Source: Eledone cirrhosa
Lineage: Eukaryota
Assembly: GCA_964016885.1 (NCBI GenBank)
Contig: OZ024752.1
Location: 4,588,001-4,652,000 of the forward strand
DNA: 64,000 nt
Direction: 5' to 3'
Position numbers and translations under genes: made by a program. The notes under the pieces are model-generated. The model was not told where the DNA came from, did no database searches, and saw only the letters and a program-made list of their open reading frames with translations. Positions 1 to 13,905 of the stretch are shown here, piece by piece (positions within the stretch are counted from its first letter, which is position 1; every line of letters starts with the position of its first letter).

Positions 1-290
1 GACTTCTCTTCTTATTCGAGCTGCAAGATTCTTATTGATAGCTGCAGTCGGGTTTGAATTTATGTTGATGTATATAGTCTCCTCATTAGGATGTTTGTGG
101 TCGTAGTGTTTATTTCACTTTAAATCTAGTTCTGTGTCTAGGAAGTTGGGTATCGTTAAATTAGTGCTAATGGTTATGTTTAAGTCAGACTCTCTAAATA
201 TTTGTTAATGAATCCGTTCTAAACCTGCCTATAGCAGGATTATTCATATTATATGGGATGGCTATGCTGTCATTTATCTACAGTCTAAGG
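1..290 (-). mobile_element. Penelope-like element, degenerate RT C-terminal fragment
   Basis: Manual minus-strand translation gives QIFRESDLNITISTNLTIPNFLDTELDLK*NKHYDHKHPNEETIYININSN, matching the Penelope RT pattern 'LxITIxxNxxxxNFLDxxLDL...KPNxxxxYINxxSNHP'. It contains stops. Confidence 0.7.
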
Positions 291-971
291 TTATGCAAGG
301 GAGTTGCTTTCATGGAGTATATGCTAGTCTACATCAGTTCCATCATTAATCCTTTGATACTCTCTTCACTGAAGCCTGCTGTGAAAACTCTTCATTAAGC
401 ACTCTCCTTCCTTGTCATTGTACACTCTTTTTATTGAGAACCACTTTGTAAACCCTTCACTAATAGAATTCCATTGTTGCTCACATTTTATCTACATATG
501 TCAAAACTGAACACCAACCACTTCAATCTCACCCCCATCTGGGAAGATTTCCAGAGGTTATTAGGACTGACCTTCATCTTCTAAGACTTGTATATAGAAT
601 AAAACACGTACTGAGATCACTTGAATCTCTTATATTCAATTAATTAATACCAATCTGTGTCAGTATATGAAATCATTAATAATAATAATAGTAATAATAT
701 AGACCCATTAATATGGTCTATATTATTTCAATAAGACATTGATATTGATATATGCCCTGTTCAATATAGTATATTGATATTATCATTGTATGCTATAGAT
801 CTTAGTGAGTTTCCCTATATTAATTAGTTCATTGGGAGGGAAAATATCTTTAAATGTCATGTTCAGACATAAAAGTCTTAATTAGAAACCCACAACCACC
901 ATCAATCCAGCCATCTCACTATTTCTCCTAACACTCTCTATCTTATGCAACACATGTACAAACTCACTCTC

Positions 972-1007
<36 letters not shown>

Positions 1008-1052
1008 ATCCAATTTAACATCGATTTTCAAAGCTTACATGGGTTAGATAGG

Positions 1053-1083
<31 letters not shown>

Positions 1084-1690
1084 AGTCCTACCTATGCTAT
1101 CGTGGAAAATGGACATTAAACGATGATGATATATATAGAGAGAGAGAGAGATGGGGGGGGGGGGGGGGGGGCGACGACAAAGAGACAGATAACTCATAAA
1201 GACTGAATATAGTAAAAATGCTGTGTTCTGCATTGCAAGGCAGTGTGTCAGTGCAAATCAGGATGTTGTTGGAGATAAATGTGTCCGGAATGATGCAGGT
1301 GTACTTTGAGAATATTAGTTTAATGTTCAGATGTGAGACAAAGGGAGTACATAGCTTCTGCCTTCATCAGAGGAAGAAAAAATATAGGAAATGATTTATC
1401 ATCTTCATCTTCTTTTTTTAGGGGTGACTAGTCTCACTCTGTCTAAAGATGCTGTGCTGAAAGGGATCTGTCCAATCCATGCATTCATGGGACAACGGTG
1501 GAGGTGTATATATGCCACTCACCATAAAATATCCTAGGAACACCATAAAGTATGGGTTCCTATTAGGAAGGGCATCCATTCATAGAAAACATTCCCCAAA
1601 TGTATTATCTAACCCATGCAAGCATGGAAACAAATGGAAAGTGAAAATGATGATGATATCTGTATGTTTGTATACACACACAAACACACA

Positions 1691-1745
<55 letters not shown>

Positions 1746-1747
<2 letters not shown>

Positions 1748-1958
1748 TGTAATGTGGCCGTGTAGGCAACACGGTAAAAACCTCCCAGACCCACACTGTA
1801 AATGTGGTTGGTGTTAGGAAGGGCATCCAACTGTAGAAAACCCGCCAGATAGTCCTATGCGAGCAAGATAATCACTCTTGCCTCAAGTGGGACTACCCCC
1901 GTCCAAACCCATGCAAGCGTGGAACACGGACGTTAAACGTTGATGATGATGATGATGA
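1746..1958 (+). mobile_element. RTE LINE 3' UTR/tail, 5'-truncated, in (TA)n
   Basis: Near-identical to 61402-61622; ends AACGTT(GAT)n. Confidence 0.9.
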
Positions 1959-1967
1959 TATATATAT

Positions 1968-2937
1968 ATCATCATCATCGTTTGTCCATCTTCCACGCTA
2001 GCATGGGTTAGAAAGTTTTGTTCTATTTGATGCGGGAATGGTTGGGAGACAGTGTCTCTGGCAAATCTTTTACAGCTGGATGCCCTTCCTAACACCAACC
2101 ATATTTACAGTGTGGACTTGGAGCCTTTTTACCTTGTCTCCTACATGACCACCTTACAGTGTGGACTGTTGTGTCATCAACACAGTGGATGGAACGGGGA
2201 AAGGGAGTGTGGGGTGGGGTGTACATTGGGTTACAATGTGGCTACTCACCGCTCTAACTCTGGCTACTACACTTTCAGAGCAACCCCCCTCCACTGCTGA
2301 TTTTGTCACCCAGGTAACAGAAAGTGTCTACTATTTCTATAGAACCATCTGGGCAGTTGAAGGAGCTATCATCCAGTGGGTCCTGGATACTGCACCTGAG
2401 CATCAGCCACATATAAAATCTACATTCTTTGATAGTTTACCTCTGATCCCACTACTTTTATGTACCCATAGTTTGCATTTGGGACATAGAATCGAGTTTC
2501 TGCCTACTCCTTTCTTTCACACTGAGCATGGCCATTTTCCAGAGGGTACCTGTGCCCTATTCTCCTTTCTACATACTAGAACCTTAGTCTTAGACAAGTT
2601 GACTCTAAGGCCTTTTGATTCAAGGCCATGCTTCCATGTATAATAAACAGGCGGAGGCTAAGGTCGGAGCCTTGATGAACCCCTACTATTACGCTAAATT
2701 CATCACTTTATTCCTTGTTATTCCTCTATACATGGCTTGTATAGCTCTCACAAGCCATTCTTCCACTCCTAGTTTTCTAAGAGCCCACCAGATTAAGGTG
2801 CATGGAACTCTGTCAAAGGCCTTCTGCAAGTCAACAAAAGCTAAGTAGAGGGGTTTACTGTTACCTAGGTACTCCTCCTGTAATTGCTGTACAAGGAAAA
2901 GAGCATCCGTGGTACTTTTACTTTGCACAAAGCCAAT
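1968..2937 (-). mobile_element. RTE LINE fragment (deleted RT plus tail)
   Basis: ORF 2689-2979 has [23 protein letters not shown]...AFVDLQKAFDRVP; (ATC)n tail at 1968, tail-to-tail with the preceding copy. Confidence 0.85.
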
Positions 2938-3088
2938 GTATATATAAATATAAATATATACATACATACATCCATACATACATATATATATAGAGAGAGA
3001 GAGAGGGAGGGAGAGAGAGAGTATGTGTATGTGCGTGTACTTTGTTCACCTCAAATTTCTTAATAGTGCTTTGCTTTGCTTTCTACAG

Positions 3089-3094
3089 AAGAAA
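3089..3094 (+). other. Candidate 6-nt microexon (AAGAAA)
   Basis: TTCTTAAT...GTGCTTTGCTTTGCTTTCTACAG|AAGAAA|GTAAGT: branch-like motif, UGC-rich pyrimidine tract, canonical acceptor and consensus donor. Confidence 0.45.
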
Positions 3095-3523
3095 GTAAGT
3101 CTGCTTGCTATATTACATCTAATATAAATCTTACATGTTTTGATCTCAGAAATTCAACTGAAAACGATGTGTCAAGTCTGTTGTGAGGGAGGAAGGGAGA
3201 GAAAGATGATATGAAATCAGTTGTTTAGGACTGCTGAATCGATAAATGTGTCCATTATCCTTTATATCAGCAGATGAACAAAACCTGCCGTCTAATCATT
3301 GTTATGGATCCATGGAAATCTTGATCATCCGTCTACTAATGGTTATTATGATATTTATATGCCATCATGGAATTCTTTTGTTAGAGCAGTTTGTATAGCA
3401 AAAGACTTATTTGGAGTTAATTGGACGAAGGCTTTGTGGTCAACAGTATCTTTATATGTATGGGTCAATGTATATATGTGTGTGTGTATACATTTATGTA
3501 TGTCGGAGTGTGTGTATCTACAT

Positions 3524-3652
3524 ATCATCATCATCATCATCATCGTCGTCTTTCAACGTCTATCTTCCACTCTAGCATGGGTTTAGACGGGAGTTGTCCC
3601 ACGTGATGCAAGATTGGTTGTCTTGCTCGTATAGGACTGTCTATAGGACTGT
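3524..3652 (-). mobile_element. RTE/SINE shared 3' tail fragment
   Basis: (ATC)n followed by CTAGCATGGGTTTAGACGGG...GTCTTGCTCGTATAGGACTGTC, as in the RTE tails. Confidence 0.75.
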
Positions 3653-3662
3653 ATATATATAC

Positions 3663-3707
<45 letters not shown>

Positions 3708-3724
3708 ATATATATATATATACA

Positions 3725-3773
<49 letters not shown>

Positions 3774-3839
3774 ATACATATATATTTACACACACACACA
3801 CACATGTACATATAGAAAGGCAGCTACTTCTTTAATAGA

Positions 3840-3992
3840 TAATTGTTTCTACGTTAGGCACAAAGCCAGCAATTACCCAGTACATTACTGGTACTTTATT
3901 TTATCGACCCCGTAAGGATGAAAGGCAAAGTTAACCTCGGCGGGATTTGAACTCAGAATGGCAAGGGCCGTAACTCTATGCTAGAAAGCATA
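3840..3992 (-). mobile_element. tRNA-derived SINE family A (Nin/Deu-like central domain)
   Basis: Reverse complement of GAGTTCAAATCCCGCCGAGGTTAACTTTGCCTTTCATCCTTACGGGGTCGATAAAATAAAGTACCAGT (B box plus conserved core); more than 12 copies in the window. Confidence 0.8.
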
Positions 3993-4580
3993 GATAATGA
4001 ATAATAGATAATGAAAGAGAAAGTAGTGAGACATTGACTTGTTGAATAACAATCTGTCAATTCATTGAGAAATCGTGTTAGAAATCAATGGGAGAGACAG
4101 AAATCAATAAGGATAATATTGATGAGGAGGAAGATGGTGCTGATTGTGATGAGGAGGGTGATGGTTGTTTCTATTTTTGGCACAAGGCCAGCAATTTGAA
4201 TGGGAGGGGGGTCAATCTCTATATTCTTTCTCTCTCTCTCTCTCACTCTATCTTCTCCCAGTTTCTTTCCCTTCCCCGACTCTCTCTTCCCCTCCTCTTT
4301 CTCTCCCCTTCCTCCCCCCTCTCTCTCTCCTCTCCCCCTCTATGTTCCCCACCTCTCTCTCACCCTCCTCTCACTTTCCCCCTGTCTCTCTCTCCTCTCT
4401 CTCTTCCTCTCCACTCTTTCTCCCTCCCCCCTCTCTGTTCCCCACCTCTCTCTCTCTCACTTCCTGCCTCTCCCTACCAAATGGTTAATAGGTTTTCATT
4501 CACAATCATTACTCTTCAGGTTTTCTCACAGTGTAGCATCTTGAGCAAGGGCAAGTGTATGTGTCTGTATGAGTAATATA

Positions 4581-5398
4581 TCATCATCATCATCGTTTAA
4601 CGTTCATATTCCATGCCTGCATGGGTTTGGACGGGAGTTTTCCCACTTGAGGCAAGAGTGGTTGTCTTGCTCGTATAGGACTGTCTGGCTTGATTTCTAC
4701 AGCTGGATGCCCTTCCTAACACCAACCACGTTTACAGTGTGGACTGGGAGGTTTTTACCGTGTTACCCACACGGTCACATTACAGCGTGGACTGTGTTTT
4801 TTTGTCATGACACACAATCTCATTTGTTTCTGACTTTATGTTGTGGTACCAACATAACTTTACATTAAAAGGGGTGGTGTGGCTGGGGTGGGGGTAGTGG
4901 GACGGGGGTGTATTTTGTTAGGGGTGCCTACTGACTGTAGGTTTCGCTTTGTACTTAGGTAAGGCGGGTCTTCTGTATAACTGTGTAGCGCCAAAGCTCT
5001 CGGTCCAGTGACATTGTCTTGGAGAGGTGTAAGTGTGTGAGGTCGGAATTTATCAAGTCGTCCCAGGTTTTTCTGGGTCTGCCTACTCCGTGGCTACCGT
5101 CTATTTTTATCGCCCTGCTCTTTTTTATACAGCTGTCGTCTTTCATGCGCATCACGTGACCATACCAACGTAGTCTTCTCTCGAGTAAACAACATCTGAT
5201 ACCTCTTATTCCTAATTTCTCCCTTATTTCGTTTATGCTTTGCCGTTCACGTATATTACTATTACACATCCAGCGGAGCATGGAAGCTTTCTTTCTCTCC
5301 AGTCTGCGTGTATCCTCTGTACACAATGCCCAGGTCTCACTGCCATGTAACATTGCTGTTCATATGCAGGCATCATACAGCCTGCCTTTCATTTTCAT
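4581..5398 (-). mobile_element. RTE LINE 3' fragment
   Basis: ORF 4955-5353 (MLHGSETW...[12 protein letters not shown]...GRPRKTW) matches the C-terminus of 59359-61107; 3' UTR and (ATC)n tail present. Confidence 0.92.
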
Positions 5399-6380
5399 TA
5401 TATATTTATACATACATATATATATACAATTATATACATATATACATATACATAATATATAATATATATATATATATATATATGCTGATTGTATTGAAAG
5501 TATTTTATATAACAATATTAATATTTTAAGAGAAGAAAAGCAGGAAAACAATAATAAAAAAATAACAACAACAAACAAACAAAACAGTAACAACAACAAC
5601 AATATATACAGTAGAAAAACATTGAGAAAAATCTGAAGCAAAGAATTGATTGAAAAAGAAAGAAGTGTATAAAAAAATATATTTCAAACAATAGTTGATT
5701 CTCTTGTGAAAGCAGATCACAATAATTCTTTAAGTTTCCTCCAAATATCTCTCTCACTTTTTCTCTCTGTTTTGTTTCATCATCTCCTCAGACATGTTTT
5801 TTATTATTATTATTGTTATTATTATTATTCTCCGTGATATTAATTTAATTAACTGGTTTTCTCTGAAAATTTAATTCTCGGATTAATGGTTTTTAATGAA
5901 AAATTTTGGATATTTCTACGCTATTTCTTCTTTTTCCTTCATTTTTTTTTTTCGGTGATATGATAATATACTGAAAAAAAAAAATGGAAAAAATTAATAA
6001 CAACAAAAAATGGAAAAAAAACAAAGGCAACCACAACACAATACTATCTTTATAGTAAAGATTAATTTCTTGTAATTCTGGATCATTAATAGTAATAAGG
6101 GATATGTAAACAAATAAAGAGGGAATGGAATCTTCCCTGTTAAGAAAGATTCTAAAATTAAGTCCTGCTTAACTCTTAACATCCTGTAATGACTTTAGAA
6201 AATTTCTAAAAATAGGCTTGATAATTAAAAATGTTTATAGTGCCTTTGTTAGTGGACAGATTGCTATAAAAATTTGTAGTATTAGAGTAAAGACTTCAAT
6301 TTTTATTGTGATGCAAGCATAGTACTCTTTTGTACTTTTCATGATCCATCAAAAATAGGGATTTCCACACACATACATAC

Positions 6381-7020
6381 ATAACCATACAAATATTATA
6401 CAAAGAATTAAACTCTCAACCTTACAATCATGAGCTGAAATCCCTAACGCCTAAGCTATGCTCCATCACAAATAGGGATTTACGCATACATAACCATACA
6501 AGTGCTGTGCTAAGAATTGAACTCTCAGCCTTGCAATCATGAGCTGAAAACCCTAACCTCTAAGCCATGCTCCATCACAAATAGGGATTTACACATACAT
6601 ACGTACATACATGAGCACAACTTGTTAGGAAATTACAAGTACAATCCATTAATGGAACAGCAAAAATATGTAAAACATTCCAAAAATTCTGCATCTAATA
6701 ATTGCATGTGCACATATAAAGATGTAAAGTATATGCAGATGCACACATACAACTCAAAGCATCCACATCCACACATACAATAACATCCATACCAGAGCAT
6801 ACATGCAGACATATCCACCTAGTTGATATTGTGTAGATCCCAATGAGAGAGTCTTGTCTGTTAGAAACTGACTCTATTGGTAAAAATTTATAAAATTATA
6901 AAACCACAACACACACACATACATACATATACACATCATACATACATAACCATACAAAGAATATACTAGGAATTGAACTCTCAAACCCCTAACCTGTAAG
7001 CCATGCTCCATCACAAATCA
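6381..7020 (-). repeat. Three dispersed copies of an ~80-105 bp SINE-head-derived unit
   Basis: ATAACCATACAA...GAATTGAACTCTCA...AAGCCATGCTCCATCACAAAT at about 6381, 6489 and 6945; GAATTGAACTC is a reverse B box. Confidence 0.6.
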
Positions 7021-7157
7021 GCCAGATTTACAAAGGACAGTATCGCCATTGAGTCTCAATCTGTTAAAGATGAGAAGTGATTTCAATAAATGTGTAGAGA
7101 AAATGAGATAGAAATAAAGTTAAAGAGTTGGAAGAAGCAGCAGTAGCAGCAGCAGTA

Positions 7158-7961
7158 GGGATTTGAGGGGAGGTGGAAAATATAGGAGATTTGAGGGGAG
7201 GTGGAAAATATAGGAGATTTGAGGGGAGGTGGAAAATATAGGAGATTTGAGGGGAGGTGGAAAATATAGGAAATTTGAGAGGAGGTGGAAAATATAGGAG
7301 ATTTGAGGGGAGGTGGAAAATATAGGAGATTTGAGAGGAGGTGGAAAATATAGGAGATTTGAGGGGAGGTGGAAAATATAGGAGATTTGAGAGGAGGTCG
7401 AAAATATAGGAGATTTGAGGGGAGGTGGAAAATATAGGAGATTTGAGGGGAGGTGGAAAATATAGGAGATTTGAGAGGAGGTCGAAAATATAGGAGATTT
7501 GAGGGGAGGTGGAAAATATAGGAGATTTGAGGGGAGGTGGAAAATATAGGAGATTTGAGAGGAGGTGGAAAATATAGGAGATTTGAGGGGAGGTGGAAAA
7601 TATAGGAGATTTGAGGGGAGGTGGAAAATATAGGAGATTTGAGAGGAGGTCGAAAATATAGGAGATTTGAGGGGAGGTGGAAAATATAGGAGATTTGAGG
7701 GGAGGTGGAAAATATAGGAGATTTGAGAGGAGGTGGAAAATATAGGAGATTTGAGAGGAGGTGGAAAATATAGATTTGAGAGGAGGTGGAAAATATAGGA
7801 GATTTGAGGGGAGGTGGAAAATATAGGAGATTTGAGGGGAGGTGGAAAATATAGGAGATTTGAGGGGAGGTGGAAAATATAGGAGATTTGAGAGGAGGTG
7901 GAAAATATAGGAGATTTGAGGGGAGGTGGAAAATATAGGAGATTTGAGAGGAGGTGGAAAT
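7158..7961. repeat. 28-bp minisatellite (ATTTGAGRGGAGGTGGAAAATATAGGAG)n, about 28 copies
   Basis: Direct periodicity; accounts for ORFs 7064-8210. Confidence 0.97.
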
Positions 7962-8134
7962 AAGACAAAAACAAGATGGCTTGATAGATAGATATATTTC
8001 TTTATTTGCCACAAGGGCGCACAAGAAAAGGGGTAGATAGATAGATAGGTAGGTAGATGGATAGATAGATAAATAGTGGATATAAAGAAGGATGGATAGA
8101 TAGCTGAATAATAAATAGGGAGGCCGATAGATAT

Positions 8135-8208
<74 letters not shown>

Positions 8209-8703
8209 ATATATATAAGATGCTGAGAGAAAGTGAGTTTATGGAGTATATTGGGTATGGAGATGGGGTATAGGAAAGAAGGTTTTTGAGAGAAAGCTCT
8301 CTAAATCTTTAAAGCAAGAATCTTCCGGTAAAAGATGAGAGACTGGGGTGGAATGGAATGGAATGGAAAAGGGTCAGACATGGGAAGGGCGATGATGATG
8401 GTGTTGCTCTGAAGTGGGGTGTTAAACAAGGATGCTGAGTGGGTGGGCCAGTCTGAAGATGGTGGAGGTACTGAGCCTTACTGAGGAAGGCTTGAAATTA
8501 AATATAAAGAAGGAATGGAAATATAGGAAACAGCAAAACAGCTGTTGGTGGTGGGGTGCTGGTGGTAGTGGTGATGGTGGTGATGCTAGTGGTAGTGGGT
8601 GTGATGATTGTTGTGGTGGTGGTAGTGGTGGTGGTCTGTGATTTAGAATAAAATATAAGAATGAAGAGGCTGGAAACTGTTTACTCTGGCACAAGCATGA
8701 AGA

Positions 8704-8763
<60 letters not shown>

Positions 8764-9088
8764 TGAAATCAGAAAAAATAGAAGAGCAGAAAGATGGTGG
8801 CTGGTGTAGTGCTGGTAAAGGGACATGGTGGTGGTGGTGGTGAGGTTAAAGGGAAGTGGTGTTGATGGTGGGTGTGGTAGAGGCAGTGGTGTTGGTGTTG
8901 AAGGTGGGTGTGGTAGTGGTGGGGAAGGGATGTGGTGATGGTGGTAGGTTTGCAGCAAATTGTTCTCCCAGAAATATTTCTGACTGACTGAAAGTAAGGA
9001 AGTGCAAAGGGTTTCTAAAACACACTTGACTAGTGACCAGAAGGGACAGCTGCTACTTAAAGGAATACGGGGTAGGGGGGGGGGGGGA

Positions 9089-9123
<35 letters not shown>

Positions 9124-9721
9124 GCATAATAATAACAATGATGAGGATGATGTTGATAATAATACAGATAATAAGAACTGGGAGGCAATTTGGGACAGAA
9201 TTATATTTAATGGGAACATAAGTACCTGTATAAACATGATAATAACTTTACATGCACATTCACATAAACGTACATAGTCCATAAAACATGAATGGAACAC
9301 ATACACACGCACACATGTTAGTGTATATATGTGGTTGGGTATTCAAATATATGTATAGAGATAAATAAGCACGCATATCTGAATGTGTGTGTGAATGTGT
9401 ATGTGTGTGTGTATATATATATATAGACACACACACTCAAATGAGCATATATGCAGGGTAGGGTGTGTATGTGTGTGTGCATGAATGCCTGAGTTTGTGG
9501 TTATTTTATTAATGTTTACTAATAGGGTGTAAATTGTGTACTTAATAATATGGTTGGCTATACATTACTACTACTATTTGTAAACTACTCACACACACAC
9601 ACACAAATATACATAGCTGTTCACATAGAGAAGAGGGCTCACATACACACACGTGTATATAAAATAGTATGTTTTGTTAGAAAGATACAGAAATGCAAAT
9701 GGGACATTAAATTATAAAAAA

Positions 9722-9895
9722 TAATTGTTTCTACTTTTGGCACAATGCCAGCAGTTACCCAGTACATTACTGGTACTTTATTTTATCAACCCCGTATGGA
9801 TGAAAGGCAAAGTTAACCTCGGCGGGATTTGAACTCAGATCATAAAGGAACGTAACTATGTTGGAAAGCATGTCTGAGCCTCTACCGATACTGCA
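9722..9895 (-). mobile_element. SINE family A
   Basis: Same core as 3840-3992. Confidence 0.8.
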
Positions 9896-10065
9896 AAAAA
9901 TAATGATAACAAAGAATGTTTTCTTTTATTGCCCTTCATATTTTGGGATAAAATCCCTTCATCAAAAGAAGAGTTGAGGATGGGATTTTATCCTGAAATA
10001 TTAAAAACTTTTAAACAACTCCAAGGTAACATTCCAACATCTTTATTATAATTATTCTTAACATC

Positions 10066-10281
10066 TAACCCTTTAGCATTTACATTACTCTATATATACT
10101 ATTATATTTTCATGGTAAAGGCTTTACTGCACATAATATCAAATCTCTGATATTTTTTTAATTATTTATTTTGAGAACAATACCTTAACATCAGTATGCA
10201 CAGCCAGTAACGGCTGGTTTGAGCAGAAAGAGGTGAGAGAATTCTGGCCAGAGACTGCCAGTTTAAATGCTAAAGGGTTAA
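10066..10281. mobile_element. piggyBac-like MITE (TTAA-CCCTTTAGCATTTA TIRs)
   Basis: TAACCCTTTAGCATTTA ... TAAATGCTAAAGGGTTAA; internal sequence shared with 25178, 28925, 51857 and 56425. Confidence 0.75.
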
Positions 10282-10904
10282 ATTACATAATGATTCTTCA
10301 ACCAATTTCTGACTGCTTTTTAAAGCCATATTCATTCAAAATATACCAAAAACAATTCAAAATACAAATTTCATGTCAAATGTGAAACTGGTGAAATATT
10401 CACCTCCAAAGTGAAACTGGTATAATATTCACACCCAAAACAAAACCAGTGTAATATTCACCTTCAAAGCAAAAAATATTTTAGCACCTCATTTAAGTAG
10501 AATTTTGAAGTTGGTGAAAATCAGTAAAAATATTAACCTCGGATATAGTTTACCCCGCTCCCCTCCAATTTTACAAATGATTATTTATGTCACATATTTT
10601 TTAGTTTATATGTGAGTATATATGGTAATTCTATTTTTTCTAACCTGCTAACGTGTACGGTTGACTGACCAAATGAAACTGTGGTTTTGTTTGAGGGTAT
10701 GTAACTATCTGTTTATCTCGTATAATTTAATGTATATGTAACACTCTACACACTTTCAAACATAAACTGGTTTTCGGTACATTTATATTTTTGTACCAGA
10801 ACATAAACGAAGGATGTATGTGTGTGTGTGTGTATTTATATGTATATATCATCATCATCCTTTAATATATATGTTTATATATGGGGGTGGTATACGTTTA
10901 TGTG

Positions 10905-10937
<33 letters not shown>

Positions 10938-11053
10938 ATCTATGTATACATGTGTTCATATACACACACACATACACACATACACACAAACACACATGCA
11001 CATACACACAGAATAGTGCTGACACCAGTGTGTGTGTGTGTATATCTGTTTAC

Positions 11054-11086
<33 letters not shown>

Positions 11087-11379
11087 CATATAGATACATA
11101 CACATAAACACATACATACACATACACATAGAATAGTACTGACACCAATGTAGAATGTAACTGATGAAACAACAGTGAGAAGAGATTGACTTTTTGAATT
11201 AGCAACAGTAGAGTGGTTCCTTGAAATCTTCAGATGCCTGCAATTTCTTTCTGAGAGATCACCCTAACACGAGACAGATGGTCAATATATATTGAGCTTA
11301 CTTTAAAGACGGAGGGAGGATTTATCGCAGGGAATATGAAAAGGGGATGTTAAAGTCCTTTTCTTTCATTATCATTACC

Positions 11380-11946
11380 ATGCTTTGACGCATAGAGTTA
11401 CGGCCCTTGCCATTCTGAGTTCAAATCCCGCTGAGGTTAACTTTGCCTTTCATCCTTACGGGGGTCGATAAAATAAAGTACCAGTAATACACTGGGTAAT
11501 TGCTGGCCTTGTGCCAAAAGTAGAAACAATTATCATTATCATCATCACCATCATCACAACCAACACAATTTTCATCACCAGTACATTACTGGTGTTTTAT
11601 TTTATCGACCCCCATAAGGATGAAATATAAAGCTGAACTCTACAACGTAAAGAGCCATAACTCTATGCTGCGAAGCATGGTATCCAACACTTTACCGATA
11701 CTGCCAATCCACTGCCCTCAATAATAATGGTTTATTATATAGGCACAAGGCCAGTAATTTGGGGGGAAGGGAAAGTCGATTAAATCGACCCCAGTGCGTG
11801 ACTGGTACTTTATTTTATCGACCCCGTAAGGATGAAAGGCAAAGTTAACCTCGGCGAGATTTGAGCTCAGATCATAAAGAGCCATAACTCTATGCTGCAA
11901 AGCATGGCGTCCGACACTTTACCGATACTGCCAATCCACTGCCCGC
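11380..11946. mobile_element. Cluster of three SINE family A copies (+,-,-)
   Basis: Core motifs at about 11415-11480 (+), 11590-11640 (-) and 11800-11870 (-). Confidence 0.8.
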
Positions 11947-12172
11947 AATAATAATAACTACAATCATCTTCAAATTCATCCATTTATGGTTTAGTATTCC
12001 ACATTTGCCACAAGTCTATTAAACCATGTCTGGATTGAGTGGTGGTGATGGCAGTGGTTCTGAAGTATTACCTACTGGAAGTTTTGGACAGCGGGAGAGA
12101 AATGTTACCTAGTGAGGTTTATTGGTTAACTTGTTGTTACAAGAGGATGTTGGGTTCTTATTTCTTAAGTAG

Positions 12173-12538
12173 ATCATCATCATCATTTTACGTCCGCTCT
12201 TCCCTGCTCGCAAAGGTGGGACGGGTCTTATTCAGCACAGCATCTCTCCACTCGTCACCTGTGAACTTCAACGATCTGAGGTCTGTTCTCACCACCTCCA
12301 CCCATGTTTTTTGTGGTCTACCTCTACCACGTCTTCCTTCAACTGGCATTTCCTGGCACTTCTTCACCCATCGGTCATCCTCTATGCGCATCACATGTCC
12401 ATACCACCTCAGTCTCCTCTCCCGTACACTACATTCTATCCCTCTCAGACACAGTTTCTCTCTCAACACATTCATGCTGGGTCGTTCACGCACATTTACA
12501 CTGCACATCCAACGGAGCATGCTTGCCTCATTTCTCTC
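12173..12538 (-). mobile_element. RTE LINE 3' fragment (second subfamily, short 3' UTR)
   Basis: ORF 12188-12520 MLRWMC...[12 protein letters not shown]...RGRGRPQKTW; (ATC)n tail. Confidence 0.88.
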
Positions 12539-13354
12539 CTATACATAATAATTATTATCTGCAGTTCTTTTGTGTTTCCATCCCTTCTACACATTTCTCT
12601 TGCAGTATCATATTAATCAGACAAACAGATACAAACTAAGGACAGCTATAACAACAACAACAACAACAAAAAGGGGGTTGATTAATGATGCTCACATGCC
12701 TTATTCCCTGTGAATAGAAGGATTTCAGGGCAGACATGCTGCTGTAAAATCCAGTGCCCTTAGAAATAAAAATTCCTTTTTTGTACAAGAAAAAGACACT
12801 GTCCCATCATGAAAATGGACAAGCACACTATACGTGTGTGTGTGTGTGTGTGTGTATTTTCATGGTGGCTGGGCATAGAGTGAGTGTGTGTGCATGTGTG
12901 TATATGCTCATATAAAATTCTGTATGTATGTATTTGAAAATACAGAACTAAAATTTCACTTGTTTGTTTGTCTGTATATATAAAATTCTATCTTTATTTA
13001 TTTATCTATATATGTATAAAATTCTCCGTGTGTGTCTGTCTATCTGTCTGTCTGTATGTCTGTCTGTGTGATCAGCAGATCATCCTAGATGCAAATTTTC
13101 CCAAGTACATGACTGGTACTTTATTACCAACTCTGAAAAGATGAAACTCAATTGATCTTTGCAGGATTTAAACTTAGAACCATCAGAACTAGAACAAACC
13201 TTAAAGAAATGTTGGTCCATGCTCTGATAATCCAACCAATCTCCTATTTTACTTTCATGAATTATTGTTTCTCTGAAACCCAGCATAAAGATCTGTACCC
13301 TCTACTTCTTGAATCTTCTTTGGTCTACTACACCAAAGAGGTAGAAGATGTTTA

Positions 13355-13905
13355 ACACTCTACTCATGCCAATGGCCCCAGCGGATCCTGTCACAAGCAA
13401 CTGTCTCCAGTTGATCCGGCTGGATCTCGAAGCAAGACCAGCAAAGCTCATGGATTTTACCTAACCATCTTGCTTGGGGTCTACTCTTGAGTCTCCTGCT
13501 GGTTAGGTTTGCCCATAAAATTTGACCAACAATTCTTTCCTGAGACATTCTAACCACATACCCATAGTATGGTAGCAACTCTACCTCAAGTGACTCTCTC
13601 ATCTCTGAGCTACACACTCTGTTGAGTAACATTACTCCAAAGACCTTGTGTTATTTATATAGGAATGTCTGTATATGTTTCATTTCTTACCCTGTTTATG
13701 CTTATGGAAGTAACTCTCTTCCAAATACCAGTTCCAACTGATCCACCTGGATCCCCAAGTGAAATCAGCAAAACTTATGGATGTTATCCAACCATCTTGC
13801 TTGAGGTCTACCTTTGGGGCTCCTGTCGGTTGGTTTTGCCCGTAAGATCTGCCCAGGGTTTCTTTCCTTTAGACATCCTAACCACAAGCCCATAGTATTG
13901 GAGCT
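13355..13905 (-). mobile_element. Old RTE-type LINE 3' fragments (third family, two copies)
   Basis: ORF 13360-13632 YGYVVRMSQERIVGQILWANLTSRRLKSRPQARW; homologous to 27435-27785. Confidence 0.7.

Noticed and set aside
693-727. Short palindrome AATAATATAGACC...GGTCTATATTATT
   Set aside because: Short, AT-rich and single; expected by chance or from a decayed MITE
3940-3960. tRNA genes suggested by GTTCAAATCCC B-box motifs
   Set aside because: No cloverleaf; these are SINE heads repeated throughout the window
7064-8210. 280-380 aa ORFs in three frames
   Set aside because: Translation of a 28-bp minisatellite plus (CA)n; stop-free by composition
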